Positions 9,843-19,431 of a stretch of DNA of 38,267 nt are shown piece after piece. A program made the translations under genes and the position numbers. This DNA comes from a virus (Duplodnaviria; Caudoviricetes), in the IMG/VR virus record IMGVR_UViG_3300020403_000031, positions 1 through 38,267 of that record; one strand, given 5' to 3'. Below the pieces are notes generated by a model. The model saw nothing but the letters and a program-made list of their open reading frames with translations, searched no databases and had not been told where the DNA came from. Position 1 is the first letter of the stretch, and the number at the start of each line of letters is the position of its first letter.

Positions 9843-10222
9843 TGAGTAACGAAGGAATGGGTGGTGGATTCAAAATCACACCAAAAATACAGGGTAAACT
9901 CAGCCCTATCAAAAATAGAGTAATTGTAAAAAATATGCACTTTGGTGAACAAATTACCAAAGGAGGCATAATTTTAACAGACGATAACGGAACCAACAGA
10001 GGTATATATCCTCGTTGGGCACAAGTACACGCAAAAGGTCCAGAAAACAATGATGATTACAATATCGGAGATTGGATTTTAGTAGAACACGGACGTTGGA
10101 CACGTGGTGTAGATGTTGACGAAGGCAAAGGCGAAGCAACACTACGTATGGTTGAAGCAGAAAGCATTATGGGTTGGAGTAAAGAACAGCCAGAAGATGT
10201 AACCATAGGTCAAGAGGTATAA
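9842..10222 (+). CDS. groES: GroES-like co-chaperonin
   Basis: LSPIKNRVIV...TKGGIIL...AQVHAKGP...IGDWILV fits the Cpn10 fold. Confidence 0.8.
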   Translation: MSNEGMGGGFKITPKIQGKLSPIKNRVIVKNMHFGEQITKGGIILTDDNGTNRGIYPRWAQVHAKGPENNDDYNIGDWILVEHGRWTRGVDVDEGKGEATLRMVEAESIMGWSKEQPEDVTIGQEV

Positions 10223-10378
10223 ATGCAAATAATCAAAGATGTTATTAAAATCATTATTGGTATTGAAGTAATAGCTTTACTTGGAATGCTTGGTATTCAC
10301 TTGCTTATGGATTTAGAATTAAAAGATATGGAAATTAAATCCTGGGTTGCTATAGAGAGTTATGAATTAGATGACTAA
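10223..10378 (+). CDS. Small single-TM membrane protein, 51 aa (not in ORF track)
   Basis: GAGG RBS; MQIIKDVIKIIIGIEVIALLGMLGIHLLMDLELK...; fills the gap between groES and the next gene. Confidence 0.6.
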   Translation: MQIIKDVIKIIIGIEVIALLGMLGIHLLMDLELKDMEIKSWVAIESYELDD

Positions 10379-10730
10379 TCCATTTGCAGATATTGAACGC
10401 TTTGGCTCAGCGTGTGATCAAGAGCCTAATGATTCTAACTATAAAATGTATCTTACACTTATAGACGAAGAAGTTAGTGAGCTAGAAGAAGCAGTAGCAA
10501 CAAATGATCGTGTAGAACAACTTGATGCACTAATTGATATTCTTGTTGTTACTATGGGTGCTATACGTGCTGGAGGATTTGACGGCGAAGGTGCGTGGAA
10601 AGAAGTTATGGCTACAAACTTTGCTAAGATCGATAATGACACTGGTAAAGTTCGTAAGCGTGAAGATGGCAAGGTACTGAAGCCAGAAGGTTGGAAGGCT
10701 CCAGAACTTGAACAATTTTTAGGAGAATAA
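10371..10730 (+). CDS. MazG-like all-alpha NTP pyrophosphohydrolase (PRA-PH/dUTPase-like)
   Basis: LIDEEVSEL...QLDALID acidic motifs; C-terminal KREDGKVLKPEGWKAP. Confidence 0.8.
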   Translation: MTNPFADIERFGSACDQEPNDSNYKMYLTLIDEEVSELEEAVATNDRVEQLDALIDILVVTMGAIRAGGFDGEGAWKEVMATNFAKIDNDTGKVRKREDGKVLKPEGWKAPELEQFLGE

Positions 10731-10731
10731 T

Positions 10732-11418
10732 ATGATAGCAAGAAATGCAACAATCGCAAGTAAAATGTACGATGAAGGCTTGCGTAAATTTATGATTAAT
10801 ATGTATAACCACACTGCGCTAGGATTAGCAGTAAGTGGTTTTATTGCCTACCTTGTGTTTACAACAGGTATGGTATATAGTATGGGTGCCCTAATGTGGG
10901 TGTTTATGTTTGCTCCTCTAGGTATGATTTTATATTATGGCTTTGCGGGACAAAATTGGAGCCTACAGGGTATTACACGCTTTTACTACCTATTCACGGC
11001 AGTTATGGGTGTAAGTATGAGTACTATCTTTGTAGTGTACACGATGATGAGTATAGCTCAAGTGTTTTTTATCACTAGTGCAACATTCGCGGCCGCCAGT
11101 CTCTACGGATACACTACGAAACGTGATCTTACCACTATGGGTAGTTTTCTCATTGTAGGCTTGATTGGCATTATTATTGCTAGTATTGTAAATATTTTCT
11201 TGGCAAGCTCAGCATTTGCATTTGCAATTAGTATTTTAGGAGTGCTTATCTTTGTAGGTATGACTGCGTGGGATACACAAACAGCAAAAAATTTATATAT
11301 ATCTGCACCTAATATGGATGTAGCAGAAAAATATGGTGTTCAAATGGCTTTGAGTCTCTATTTAGATTTTGTGAATTTATTCCAATTTTTATTAGCACTA
11401 TTAGGTAATAGAGAATGA
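10732..11418 (+). CDS. Bax inhibitor-1/YccA family membrane protein
   Basis: About 7 hydrophobic segments; YGYTTKRDL, AWDTQ and ALSLYLDFVNLF motifs. Confidence 0.9.
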   Translation: MIARNATIASKMYDEGLRKFMINMYNHTALGLAVSGFIAYLVFTTGMVYSMGALMWVFMFAPLGMILYYGFAGQNWSLQGITRFYYLFTAVMGVSMSTIFVVYTMMSIAQVFFITSATFAAASLYGYTTKRDLTTMGSFLIVGLIGIIIASIVNIFLASSAFAFAISILGVLIFVGMTAWDTQTAKNLYISAPNMDVAEKYGVQMALSLYLDFVNLFQFLLALLGNRE

Positions 11419-11419
11419 C

Positions 11420-12580
11420 GTGATTAGATGCAAGTTTGCCGAGTCACACGTTGCAATTACAAATGAAAAAGATCCTGTAGCAAGACCTTGCTGTCAATAC
11501 AGTTATGGTGACGAAACTTTGCCGTATGCTTTAGAAGCAAACACCATTCAAGATATTCTTAACGGTGAGCACAGGCAAAAACTTCTAAATAGTTTTAACA
11601 AAAATATTAGAGTAGATAGTTGCAGAAATTGCTGGAATATGGAAGACTCTAATACTGTTTCTAAAAGAACATCTATTGCAAATAATTTAGATTTAAATAA
11701 AGTAGGTAAGTTTCAACACACAGAACTTGGCTTAGATTTTACTTGCAATATGACTTGTAGAATGTGTAATTCTGCTACAAGTAGTAGTATCAACAAACTT
11801 ACAAGTATGAATGAAAAACTTTATAAATTATTTCCTGATAATAGTTCCTATGCACCGTATCAAAGACAAAATAATACAAAAAATATTTTAGAATTATTTG
11901 ATAACAGTGATCTTTCTCATTTGATTTGGGTAAAGCTAACTGGCGGCGAACCGTTTTATAGTAAAAGCATATATAGATTTATTGAATTACTTGTGCAAAA
12001 AGCACCATATGATAATCTTGATTTAGAAATAATTACAAACTGTAGCATATTCCCATCTACTAAACTTTTATCAATGTTACATAAATTTAAAAGTGTAAAA
12101 ATTTTATTAAGTATAGATGCTATTGGAGAATTAGCAGAAGTTTGTAGACCTCCTACAAAATGGAGTACTATTAGGGATAATTTTAAAAAATACAAAGAAT
12201 CAGGTTTAGATATTAATTGCACCAGTACTTTGACTATTTTGAATATTAATAGAATGAATGAATTAGTAGATTGGTGGCGGAGCAGAAACGAACCTAAATG
12301 TCACCATAAATTATGGCTTAGTCCTTGTAGACAACCTAATTGGTTAAATCCTTATAATTTTTCAAAAGAAGAACGCAAAACGTGGTTTACAAATGATATA
12401 AGTATAAACTCACATATTCATTCAGATGAAACTGTTAATAACCCTACAAGCTGGCAAAATATTTTAAAAGCTATTGATATTACCGATAATCAATTTAAAT
12501 TAAAGTTAAGAAACGTAAACAAAGAAATTTATAGGATAATAAAAGAAAAAGCAAAAAAAGAGGTTGACAATAACAAATAA
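11420..12580 (+). CDS. Radical SAM protein with N-terminal Cys cluster (twitch/SPASM-like)
   Basis: CNMTCRMC (CxxxCxxC), TGGEPF, SIDA; N-terminal C...PCC...CRNC; GTG start. Confidence 0.85.
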   Translation: MIRCKFAESHVAITNEKDPVARPCCQYSYGDETLPYALEANTIQDILNGEHRQKLLNSFNKNIRVDSCRNCWNMEDSNTVSKRTSIANNLDLNKVGKFQHTELGLDFTCNMTCRMCNSATSSSINKLTSMNEKLYKLFPDNSSYAPYQRQNNTKNILELFDNSDLSHLIWVKLTGGEPFYSKSIYRFIELLVQKAPYDNLDLEIITNCSIFPSTKLLSMLHKFKSVKILLSIDAIGELAEVCRPPTKWSTIRDNFKKYKESGLDINCTSTLTILNINRMNELVDWWRSRNEPKCHHKLWLSPCRQPNWLNPYNFSKEERKTWFTNDISINSHIHSDETVNNPTSWQNILKAIDITDNQFKLKLRNVNKEIYRIIKEKAKKEVDNNK

Positions 12581-12592
12581 TAATGCTATAAA
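12564..12592 (+). promoter_or_regulatory. Sigma70-type early promoter with extended -10
   Basis: TTGACA (12564-12569), 17 bp, TATAAA (12587-12592) preceded by TGn; A-rich upstream. Confidence 0.7.
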
Positions 12593-12624
12593 TGTTATAT
12601 AAACTAACAGACAAAGAGGGTAAT

Positions 12625-12972
12625 ATGTCACAAGTTATTGAATGGGGTCAAACCGCAACTACTAAACCAATCGTTGAAAAATTAGACGAGCTTATACCTT
12701 TAGAAGGTATGGTTACAAATCCAGTAAAAAACAAACATCTTGAGAAATTTCGTAAAGCACAAAACGTTGTTTACGATATTTTCAATAATGGTTTGATGAA
12801 TAAAGGTAAATCTCTTAAAGTTTTAGGTCTTATGAGATATGATCTTGCACTAGAAGAATATAGAGGTGGTGAAATAATTATGCGAGCCAATTGGGATAGA
12901 GTTAACGAAGTTGTTGAAGAAGCTTTTACACCAATTGTAATGGCGGCGGCAAAAGAACAGGGGGTAATATGA
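12625..12972 (+). CDS. Hypothetical early protein
   Basis: ATG at 12625 has a GAGG RBS; the track start at 12592 overlaps the -10 box. Confidence 0.75.
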   Translation: MSQVIEWGQTATTKPIVEKLDELIPLEGMVTNPVKNKHLEKFRKAQNVVYDIFNNGLMNKGKSLKVLGLMRYDLALEEYRGGEIIMRANWDRVNEVVEEAFTPIVMAAAKEQGVI

Positions 12973-13166
12973 GTCACTCTGTAAATGATCAAATAATTGA
13001 AAACATCTATGAAGATGTTATGACTAAGATAGAAGCACTTGACGAAGATATGCATCAGCGTATTAGCGAAGTTGCATTTCATACAGGGCTTCATCCTGAT
13101 GATGACTTTGAGGCTATTGTAGACATTATAGTAGACGAAGAGTGGGAAAATTATCCAGATGGCTAA
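12969..13166 (+). CDS. Small acidic hypothetical protein
   Basis: ATGA overlap with the previous gene; GGGG RBS-like run. Confidence 0.7.
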   Translation: MSHSVNDQIIENIYEDVMTKIEALDEDMHQRISEVAFHTGLHPDDDFEAIVDIIVDEEWENYPDG

Positions 13167-13353
13167 GTACGGTCCAAGAGTTTATCCTAGCGATACTATT
13201 AATACAAAAAATCATTGGGCAGTTGGTATGATTTGGCTTGCAAAAGGCAGTCAAGGAGTGTATAATATAGAAATGCAAGATAAAGGATTCAGTTGTGATT
13301 GTCCTGCGTTTAAAAAATGTAAACATATAAAAGCAGTTGAGGAAAAGTTTTAA
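13159..13353 (+). CDS. SWIM-type zinc finger protein
   Basis: FSCDCPAFKKCKHI (CxC-xn-CxH). Confidence 0.7.
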   Translation: MAKYGPRVYPSDTINTKNHWAVGMIWLAKGSQGVYNIEMQDKGFSCDCPAFKKCKHIKAVEEKF

Positions 13354-13880
13354 TGCCAACACACGCAATGATTGATTTAGAAACACTTGATGTAACGCCT
13401 AATGCTACTGTTCTAACAGTTGGCGGTGTAAAATTTGACCCTACAACATACGTAGAGCCTTATTCCGAATTTTATTTTAAGTTAGACATTGATGCACAGA
13501 GTAGTCGAAAAGTAAATGATAGCACTGTTGCTTGGTGGAGTACTCAAGACAAAAAAGTGCAAGAAGAAGCATTTAGTGAGCACGACCGAACACACCCAAA
13601 ACAATTTTTAGATCATTTGCCTAAATGGATGGTAGGTGTTGATGTGCTTTGGGGACACGGATACGGATTTGATATCACAATAATTGAAGATATGTTGCGA
13701 TATTATGCAAAACCTATTCCTTGGCAGTTTTGGCAAGTACGTGACAGCAGAACATTATTTTCTTTAGCTAAAAATGATCCACGTAAATCTATGCAAAGCG
13801 ATTTGCACAATGCACTAGCAGATGCATATTTTCAAGCAAAAGGTGTACAAATGGTTTATAAGGAGTTGAATATTGTCTAG
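13353..13880 (+). CDS. DEDDh 3'-5' exonuclease (DexA/Rv2179c-like)
   Basis: MIDLETL, FD, RDSRT and HNALADA motifs. Confidence 0.85.
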   Translation: MPTHAMIDLETLDVTPNATVLTVGGVKFDPTTYVEPYSEFYFKLDIDAQSSRKVNDSTVAWWSTQDKKVQEEAFSEHDRTHPKQFLDHLPKWMVGVDVLWGHGYGFDITIIEDMLRYYAKPIPWQFWQVRDSRTLFSLAKNDPRKSMQSDLHNALADAYFQAKGVQMVYKELNIV

Positions 13881-14115
13881 GTTAAGTATAAACGGACTAA
13901 CTGAAGAACAATGCAAAATGCTAGATATTATGTGGGAAAAAGAAAATTCTGAAGACTTGTTTGAATGGTTCAAATCTTTATCCGAAAGAGAATTTAATAT
14001 GGCTATGACACTTTATCAAATGCTGTCACAAGAAGTAACTGAAGAATATGTTGAAAATGACACAAATTTAGCAAAAGAAATGCTAGAAGAAATAGGAGTG
14101 AATGTTGCAAAATAG
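13873..14115 (+). CDS. Hypothetical protein
   Basis: TTG start with AGGAG RBS; overlaps both neighbours. Confidence 0.7.
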   Translation: MSRLSINGLTEEQCKMLDIMWEKENSEDLFEWFKSLSEREFNMAMTLYQMLSQEVTEEYVENDTNLAKEMLEEIGVNVAK

Positions 14116-14389
14116 TCCTATAAACACACTACAACAATTAATGACAATCTCAATGGAAGAGTGCGGTGAACTAACACAACGTTGTAGTAAAATAATGCGT
14201 AAGTATGAAACTTTAGACTTGATTGAAGATGACCAACGTACAAAACTTTTAGAAGAAGCAGGTGATGTTTTTTGTATGCTTGAACTTATGAGTGAACACG
14301 GAATATTTGACTGGCGTGAAATTATGGATCGTGCTGATTACAAAAGAGAAAAATTAAAAGTTTGGAGCCAACTAATAGTTGATCGATGA
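14102..14389 (+). CDS. MazG-like nucleotide pyrophosphohydrolase
   Basis: MEECGEL and LLEEAGDV motifs; AGGAG RBS. Confidence 0.75.
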   Translation: MLQNSPINTLQQLMTISMEECGELTQRCSKIMRKYETLDLIEDDQRTKLLEEAGDVFCMLELMSEHGIFDWREIMDRADYKREKLKVWSQLIVDR

Positions 14390-15494
14390 TATATACAAAT
14401 TTTGGAACATTTCTCAACCAGTAGATGATGTGTTTACAGGGTATGAAGATCTGTATGACATTTTTGATAACTTTACCAAAGAATCTTACTACTCTGATCC
14501 GGTTAAAACTATTGACCAAGTTTTTGAGCTTTACAGAGATAGAGGAATAGTTCCTATTGTTTACTATACTGAAAAGGGCTTACTAAAAGAAATACAATCA
14601 TTAAAATTTTCCAATTACAACCAAGTTAACAATAATATGATCGGATTAGGAAATAATCAAGGACAAACAATAAATAGATTTCTTTTTCCTAATATGATGA
14701 CAGCTGAGCCTAAAGGCAGAGGTTCGAATAGTTTGCGTGATAGATTTAACGATGATGCAAAACTAAGGCGAGCAATAAGAATATGTTTTGAGTTTCGTGA
14801 TGGAGATCGCCTTGTTTACCCGACTGCAATGCGTAGAGCTTTAGAACTTGTTACAGGTGAAAATATACAAAATTTTAAAGCACAAAATGCAAGAGCTATT
14901 GTAGAACATTTATGTCCAACAATGTGGGGAAATGTGTATGATTACAGTGCAGGGTATGGAGGAAGAGTATTAGGTATTACTGGTAGCAATATGCGTTATA
15001 ATTACATAGGTATCGATCCCAATACAGAAACCATAAAATATTTGAAGTACCTTCAACAACTAATTAAAGAAGCAATTGGGATTGATAGTAAAATTGTTCA
15101 AACAGTAAGCGAAGAATACAAACCAGAAGATATAGATTTAGCATTTAGTAGTCCACCTTATTTTAACTTGGAGAAATATTCAGATGAAGAAACGCAATGT
15201 ATGGTTAGGTATAGTACACTTGATGAATGGTTTGAAGGCTATGTTGCACCGACTATGGCAAATATTAAACGGGGGCTTAACAGCGACGGAATCTTTGCCA
15301 CAAATATATCAGATTATAAAACAGCAAAAGAAGAATTCAAAGTAGTTGACAGGTGGATAAAAACTGCTGAAAGTTTAGGTTTCAAATATCAAGGTATGAT
15401 TAAAATGATGTTGAATACTAGACCTGGAGTAGGAAATGATAAACTTGAAGGCAGAGAAAAATATGAAGGTGTATATGTATTTTCAAAGGAGTAG
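14379..15494 (+). CDS. DNA amino-methyltransferase (N4-C or N6-A)
   Basis: SAM-binding DYSAGYGGR followed by GIDP, and catalytic FSSPPYF. Confidence 0.8.
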   Translation: MIDDIYKFWNISQPVDDVFTGYEDLYDIFDNFTKESYYSDPVKTIDQVFELYRDRGIVPIVYYTEKGLLKEIQSLKFSNYNQVNNNMIGLGNNQGQTINRFLFPNMMTAEPKGRGSNSLRDRFNDDAKLRRAIRICFEFRDGDRLVYPTAMRRALELVTGENIQNFKAQNARAIVEHLCPTMWGNVYDYSAGYGGRVLGITGSNMRYNYIGIDPNTETIKYLKYLQQLIKEAIGIDSKIVQTVSEEYKPEDIDLAFSSPPYFNLEKYSDEETQCMVRYSTLDEWFEGYVAPTMANIKRGLNSDGIFATNISDYKTAKEEFKVVDRWIKTAESLGFKYQGMIKMMLNTRPGVGNDKLEGREKYEGVYVFSKE

Positions 15495-15499
15495 TACAA

Positions 15500-15733
15500 A
15501 TGATTAAGAATTGGGATGTGCAAAATATAAAACGTGATATTGATAGGATCTATCTAGCAGAATCAGATCCTAATATGGATGGTTTTATAACTTTCGGTTG
15601 CAAAAAAGACTTATATCATATAAAATGGTATGTAGACGAAGCCCTTGCAAAGTGTAGCACATACGAAGGTGAAGACGATTTTGTAAGAAAATATGAAAGG
15701 ATACAAATGTTAAAGGCATTGAGTGAAAGATGA
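15500..15733 (+). CDS. Hypothetical protein
   Basis: AAGGAG RBS; 77 aa. Confidence 0.75.
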   Translation: MIKNWDVQNIKRDIDRIYLAESDPNMDGFITFGCKKDLYHIKWYVDEALAKCSTYEGEDDFVRKYERIQMLKALSER

Positions 15734-15942
15734 ACGAATCAGTTAAAAAGGAAGCACAAGAACAAGCTGAACAGGCTTTTGGATTATTTTTAAGATTTAT
15801 AAAACTGTTTTCATATATCTGTATAGTTGGGTTATTAGTAGTTGCAGGATGCAATTTTGGAGTAGATGGTACAGGCGGAAAGTCTAATCCAGATCCTGAA
15901 TTGTTTGAAGAGTACAAGAGTAATATGGGAATAAAAGAATGA
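15730..15942 (+). CDS. Small membrane protein, possible lipoprotein
   Basis: One hydrophobic segment ending in VVAGC; ATGA overlaps on both sides. Confidence 0.65.
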   Translation: MNESVKKEAQEQAEQAFGLFLRFIKLFSYICIVGLLVVAGCNFGVDGTGGKSNPDPELFEEYKSNMGIKE

Positions 15943-16853
15943 AAGAACTATGGGTAGAAAAGTATCGTCCAAATAAAGTGGATGGTTATGTATTTAGAGA
16001 TGATGCACAACGCAAGCAAGTAAATACTTGGATTAAAGATAATACTATTCCACATTTGTTGTTTAGTGGAAATGCAGGTATTGGAAAAACAACACTTGCA
16101 AAATTGTTGTTTAATGAACTTGATGTAAATCCATTAGACATACTAGAGATAAACGCAAGCCGCACAAACTCAGTTGATGATGTGCGAGATAAAATTGTTG
16201 CGTTTGTGCAAATGATTCCATTTGGCGACTTTAAGGTTGTGTTGCTAGATGAGGCAGATTATCTATCTCCAAACGCACAAGCGGCATTGCGTGGTGTAAT
16301 GGAAGAATATCATACAACAGCAAGATTTATACTAACTTGTAACTATCCAAATAGAATTATTCCAGCAATACACAGTAGATGTCAAGGCTTCCACATTGCT
16401 AAGATTGATCAAACAGAGTTTACAGCAAGAGTTGCAGAAATTTTGATTACAGAAGGTGTAAGTCCAGACTTAGATGTACTAGACACATACGTAAAAGCTA
16501 CATATCCAGACTTGCGCAAATGTATCAATATGGTGCAAATGAATTCAGTTGAAGGCAAACTTGTAAGTCCACAAGAAGGCGATAGTGGCGAAGCAGACTG
16601 GAAGCTAGATATGGTAGAACTGTTCAAAGCAGGCAAGATCCACGATGCACGTAAGTTGTTGTGTGGCACTGTGCGAGCAGAAGAAATGGAAGAAATTTAT
16701 CGTTGGTTGTATGACAACATTGAACTGTTCGGAACAGACGAACAGCAAGACCAAGCAGTGCTAATTATAAAGCAAGGTTTAGTAGATCATACATTAGTTG
16801 TTGATCCAGAAATTAATTTGGCAGCAACGCTAATTAGACTAGGAGCATTATGA
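15939..16853 (+). CDS. Sliding-clamp loader ATPase (T4 gp44/RFC small subunit-like)
   Basis: LWVEKYRP, Walker [18 protein letters not shown] and SRC motifs. Confidence 0.92.
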   Translation: MKELWVEKYRPNKVDGYVFRDDAQRKQVNTWIKDNTIPHLLFSGNAGIGKTTLAKLLFNELDVNPLDILEINASRTNSVDDVRDKIVAFVQMIPFGDFKVVLLDEADYLSPNAQAALRGVMEEYHTTARFILTCNYPNRIIPAIHSRCQGFHIAKIDQTEFTARVAEILITEGVSPDLDVLDTYVKATYPDLRKCINMVQMNSVEGKLVSPQEGDSGEADWKLDMVELFKAGKIHDARKLLCGTVRAEEMEEIYRWLYDNIELFGTDEQQDQAVLIIKQGLVDHTLVVDPEINLAATLIRLGAL

Positions 16854-17191
16854 CATACATAGTAAATGATAGTTGTATTAGATGTAAACATATGGATTGC
16901 GTTGAAGTTTGTCCCGTAGATTGTTTTTACGAAGGCGAAAATATGCTGGTTATCAATCCAATTGAATGTATTGACTGCGGTGTTTGCGAACCTGAGTGTC
17001 CAGCAGATGCAATTCTTGCAGATACTGCACCAGGTGCTAAAGAATGGGTAGAGTTCAATCAAAAGTGGAGTGATATTTGGCCTAATATCACAGAAATGCG
17101 TCCTGAAGATGTACCAGAAGATGCTGAAAAATGGCAAGGTGTTGAAGGCAAAATGCAATACTTTAGCGAAGAACCAGGAAGGGGAGATTAA
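16850..17191 (+). CDS. fdxA: 7Fe ferredoxin (FdxA type)
   Basis: [43 protein letters not shown]; AGGAG RBS. Confidence 0.92.
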   Translation: MTYIVNDSCIRCKHMDCVEVCPVDCFYEGENMLVINPIECIDCGVCEPECPADAILADTAPGAKEWVEFNQKWSDIWPNITEMRPEDVPEDAEKWQGVEGKMQYFSEEPGRGD

Positions 17192-17391
17192 TGTTAAGTA
17201 AAAAATGTAAATTACATTTAGACGAAGTAGGAGAAACTGGTTTACAACATATGGGCAAAGCATTGTTAGTTGCTTTAAAATTACAACTTCTTGTACCGGC
17301 TGTAATTATTCATAGTGTTGCTCCAAGATATTTTACTAAAACAGCAACAAATGTTATGCGGAGTATATTAGATGACAGAAACAAAAAATAA
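17191..17391 (+). CDS. DUF6356-like small protein
   Basis: H...VGETxxQH...IIHSVAPRYFTKTAT pattern recalled from DUF6356; not verified by search. Confidence 0.55.
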   Translation: MLSKKCKLHLDEVGETGLQHMGKALLVALKLQLLVPAVIIHSVAPRYFTKTATNVMRSILDDRNKK

Positions 17392-17566
17392 AAATAAAAG
17401 TTTAATAAATGATCTTGTTAGAATAAGTGTTCTTGAAGAAGAAATTGAATATTACAGAACATTGTTACAACCGCACGACACAGGGCATATTCATACCGCA
17501 ATAAGTTTTCTTAGTCAAAGACTTTCTAATTTAAAAGGAGAATTAAAGCAATGGCCGTTCGCCTAG
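17372..17566 (+). CDS. Hypothetical protein
   Basis: GGAG RBS; helical, with PHDTGHIHTAI motif. Confidence 0.7.
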   Translation: MTETKNKNKSLINDLVRISVLEEEIEYYRTLLQPHDTGHIHTAISFLSQRLSNLKGELKQWPFA

Positions 17567-18252
17567 TCAGTTACACAACACCTACAGAAGAGTTTGTTGA
17601 AGAAGGTATTAAGGATAAGGATTTACTAGATCTTGTTGCTTTTTGTGCAAGAGTCAGTAATCCAGCAAATCAAATCAATTCTGAAACAAGTGAAAAATTA
17701 GTCAAATATTTAATTAAACACGCACACTGGTCACCATTAGAGATGGTCAACGTTTGTATGGAAATTAATACAACAAGAGATATAGCTCACCAGATTGTTA
17801 GACATAGAAGTTTTGCATTCCAGGAATTTAGTCAACGTTATGCTGAACCTGGACAAATGGGAGATGAAGTGTTTGTTACAAGTGAAGCTAGATTACAGGA
17901 CACAAAGAATAGACAAAACTCAATTGAAATTGATTTAGGACAAGAAGGAATGAGTGAGCTTGTACTTAAATGGGAAGAAATGCAACAAGATGTTATTTTT
18001 TCTGCAGGTAGAGCATATGATTGGGCAATTTCAAAAGGTATTGCAAAAGAAGTTGCACGTAAAGTATTACCAGAAGGACTGACAAAAACTAGGTTATATA
18101 TGAATGGATCATTACGTAGTTGGATACATTATATTGAGTTGAGAAGTGCAAATGGCACACAAAAAGAACATATGGAAATTGCTATTGAATGTGCAAAAGC
18201 TATTGCATCAATTTTTCCACTAGCTAATGATTTAAATGCCTCAAGCATATGA
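17551..18252 (+). CDS. thyX: FAD-dependent thymidylate synthase
   Basis: HWSPLE, RHRSFAFQEFSQRY signature, EVARKVLP, NGSLRSWIHY. Confidence 0.95.
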   Translation: MAVRLVSYTTPTEEFVEEGIKDKDLLDLVAFCARVSNPANQINSETSEKLVKYLIKHAHWSPLEMVNVCMEINTTRDIAHQIVRHRSFAFQEFSQRYAEPGQMGDEVFVTSEARLQDTKNRQNSIEIDLGQEGMSELVLKWEEMQQDVIFSAGRAYDWAISKGIAKEVARKVLPEGLTKTRLYMNGSLRSWIHYIELRSANGTQKEHMEIAIECAKAIASIFPLANDLNASSI

Positions 18253-18514
18253 AGTTGATATCCATTGGACAGAAAAATTTGCTTGGTGGCCTGTGCATAG
18301 TACTTGGAGTAAAAAACGTATCTGGTTAAAAAAATACCATATTGGTGAAATTTTTTATGATGCTATGGGCAGACCTCCAATTAATCACCAAAGCTGGAAG
18401 TTAATTTATACACAAAATGAATATTTGTTATATTTGTTACGCGGTGATAAACCAGATGTGCAAGGTGCTCATACACCAAAATACCCAAAAACAAGAATGA
18501 TGATGATGGAATGA
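18236..18514 (+). CDS. Hypothetical aromatic-rich protein
   Basis: EKFAWWPV...KKRIWLKKY motif. Confidence 0.7.
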   Translation: MPQAYEVDIHWTEKFAWWPVHSTWSKKRIWLKKYHIGEIFYDAMGRPPINHQSWKLIYTQNEYLLYLLRGDKPDVQGAHTPKYPKTRMMMME

Positions 18515-18708
18515 CATACAAAAGTGAATATCTAGAAAAATTTGCTTATTTTCCTATGTTGACTGCGTCTAAAAAATTAATATGGTTACAAAAATATTTC
18601 GAGTATGTGACATATTATGACTGGCCGCCTTATGTGGTCGCAACCAAGTCACGATATACTTATAATGAAGGTTTAGTTGCTATGCTCCAAAAGCAAAGCA
18701 ATTTTTAA
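18511..18708 (+). CDS. Hypothetical protein, paralog of the preceding gene
   Basis: EKFAYFPM...KKLIWLQKY motif; ATGA overlap. Confidence 0.65.
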   Translation: MTYKSEYLEKFAYFPMLTASKKLIWLQKYFEYVTYYDWPPYVVATKSRYTYNEGLVAMLQKQSNF

Positions 18709-19431
18709 TTATGCTATATCTCCATATATTTCTAATACTTCCTTGACAGCTTCGTGACGTTCAATATCACTCTGCTTAAAATTACAGACATCAATATAGT
18801 TTGTATCTTTTTGTTTTAGTTGTGTTATAAAATCTATAAGACCGTTGTCTTTTACCCTATCTGCTTGCGCTAGATCGCCTGTAACAACCATTTTACTATC
18901 AGATCCAATACGTGTTAATAACATTTTCATTTGATTTGGAGTTGCATTTTGCATTTCATCAGCAATAATAAAAGCACTTTTAAAAGTACGTCCTCGCATA
19001 TATGCTAAAGGTGATATTTCTATCACTCCTTCACGGATCATACTTTCTATTTCGTTTGCATAGAAATACTCCCTCAGAACATCAAATATTGGTCTAGTCC
19101 ACGGTGCCATTTTTTCTTCTAGTGTACCAGGTAAAAATCCTAGATCTTCGTCAGCACTTACTGCTGGCCTGGTAACAATAATTTTATCAACTTCTTTTTC
19201 AAGAAAACTTTTTACCGCTGATTGGCACGCCAATAATGTCTTACCGGTTCCTGCTGGACCTATACCAAATACAATGCTTTTTGTTGGATTTAGTAGTGAT
19301 AATACATAATTTTCTTGGTTACGATTTCTTGGGACGATGTCAATATTTTTATTTTTTTGTAGATGAAAGTTTTTGTTAAATTTTACAACATTGTTGCTTG
19401 CTTGCCTTTTGGCTTTAGCTTTTGCACCCAT
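18709..19431 (-). CDS. phoH: PhoH family ATPase
   Basis: GPAGTGKT, RPAV, LGFLPG, YMRGRTF, DEMQN, TGDLAQ; AAGGAG RBS on the minus strand. Confidence 0.95.
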   Translation of the reverse strand: MGAKAKAKRQASNNVVKFNKNFHLQKNKNIDIVPRNRNQENYVLSLLNPTKSIVFGIGPAGTGKTLLACQSAVKSFLEKEVDKIIVTRPAVSADEDLGFLPGTLEEKMAPWTRPIFDVLREYFYANEIESMIREGVIEISPLAYMRGRTFKSAFIIADEMQNATPNQMKMLLTRIGSDSKMVVTGDLAQADRVKDNGLIDFITQLKQKDTNYIDVCNFKQSDIERHEAVKEVLEIYGDIA

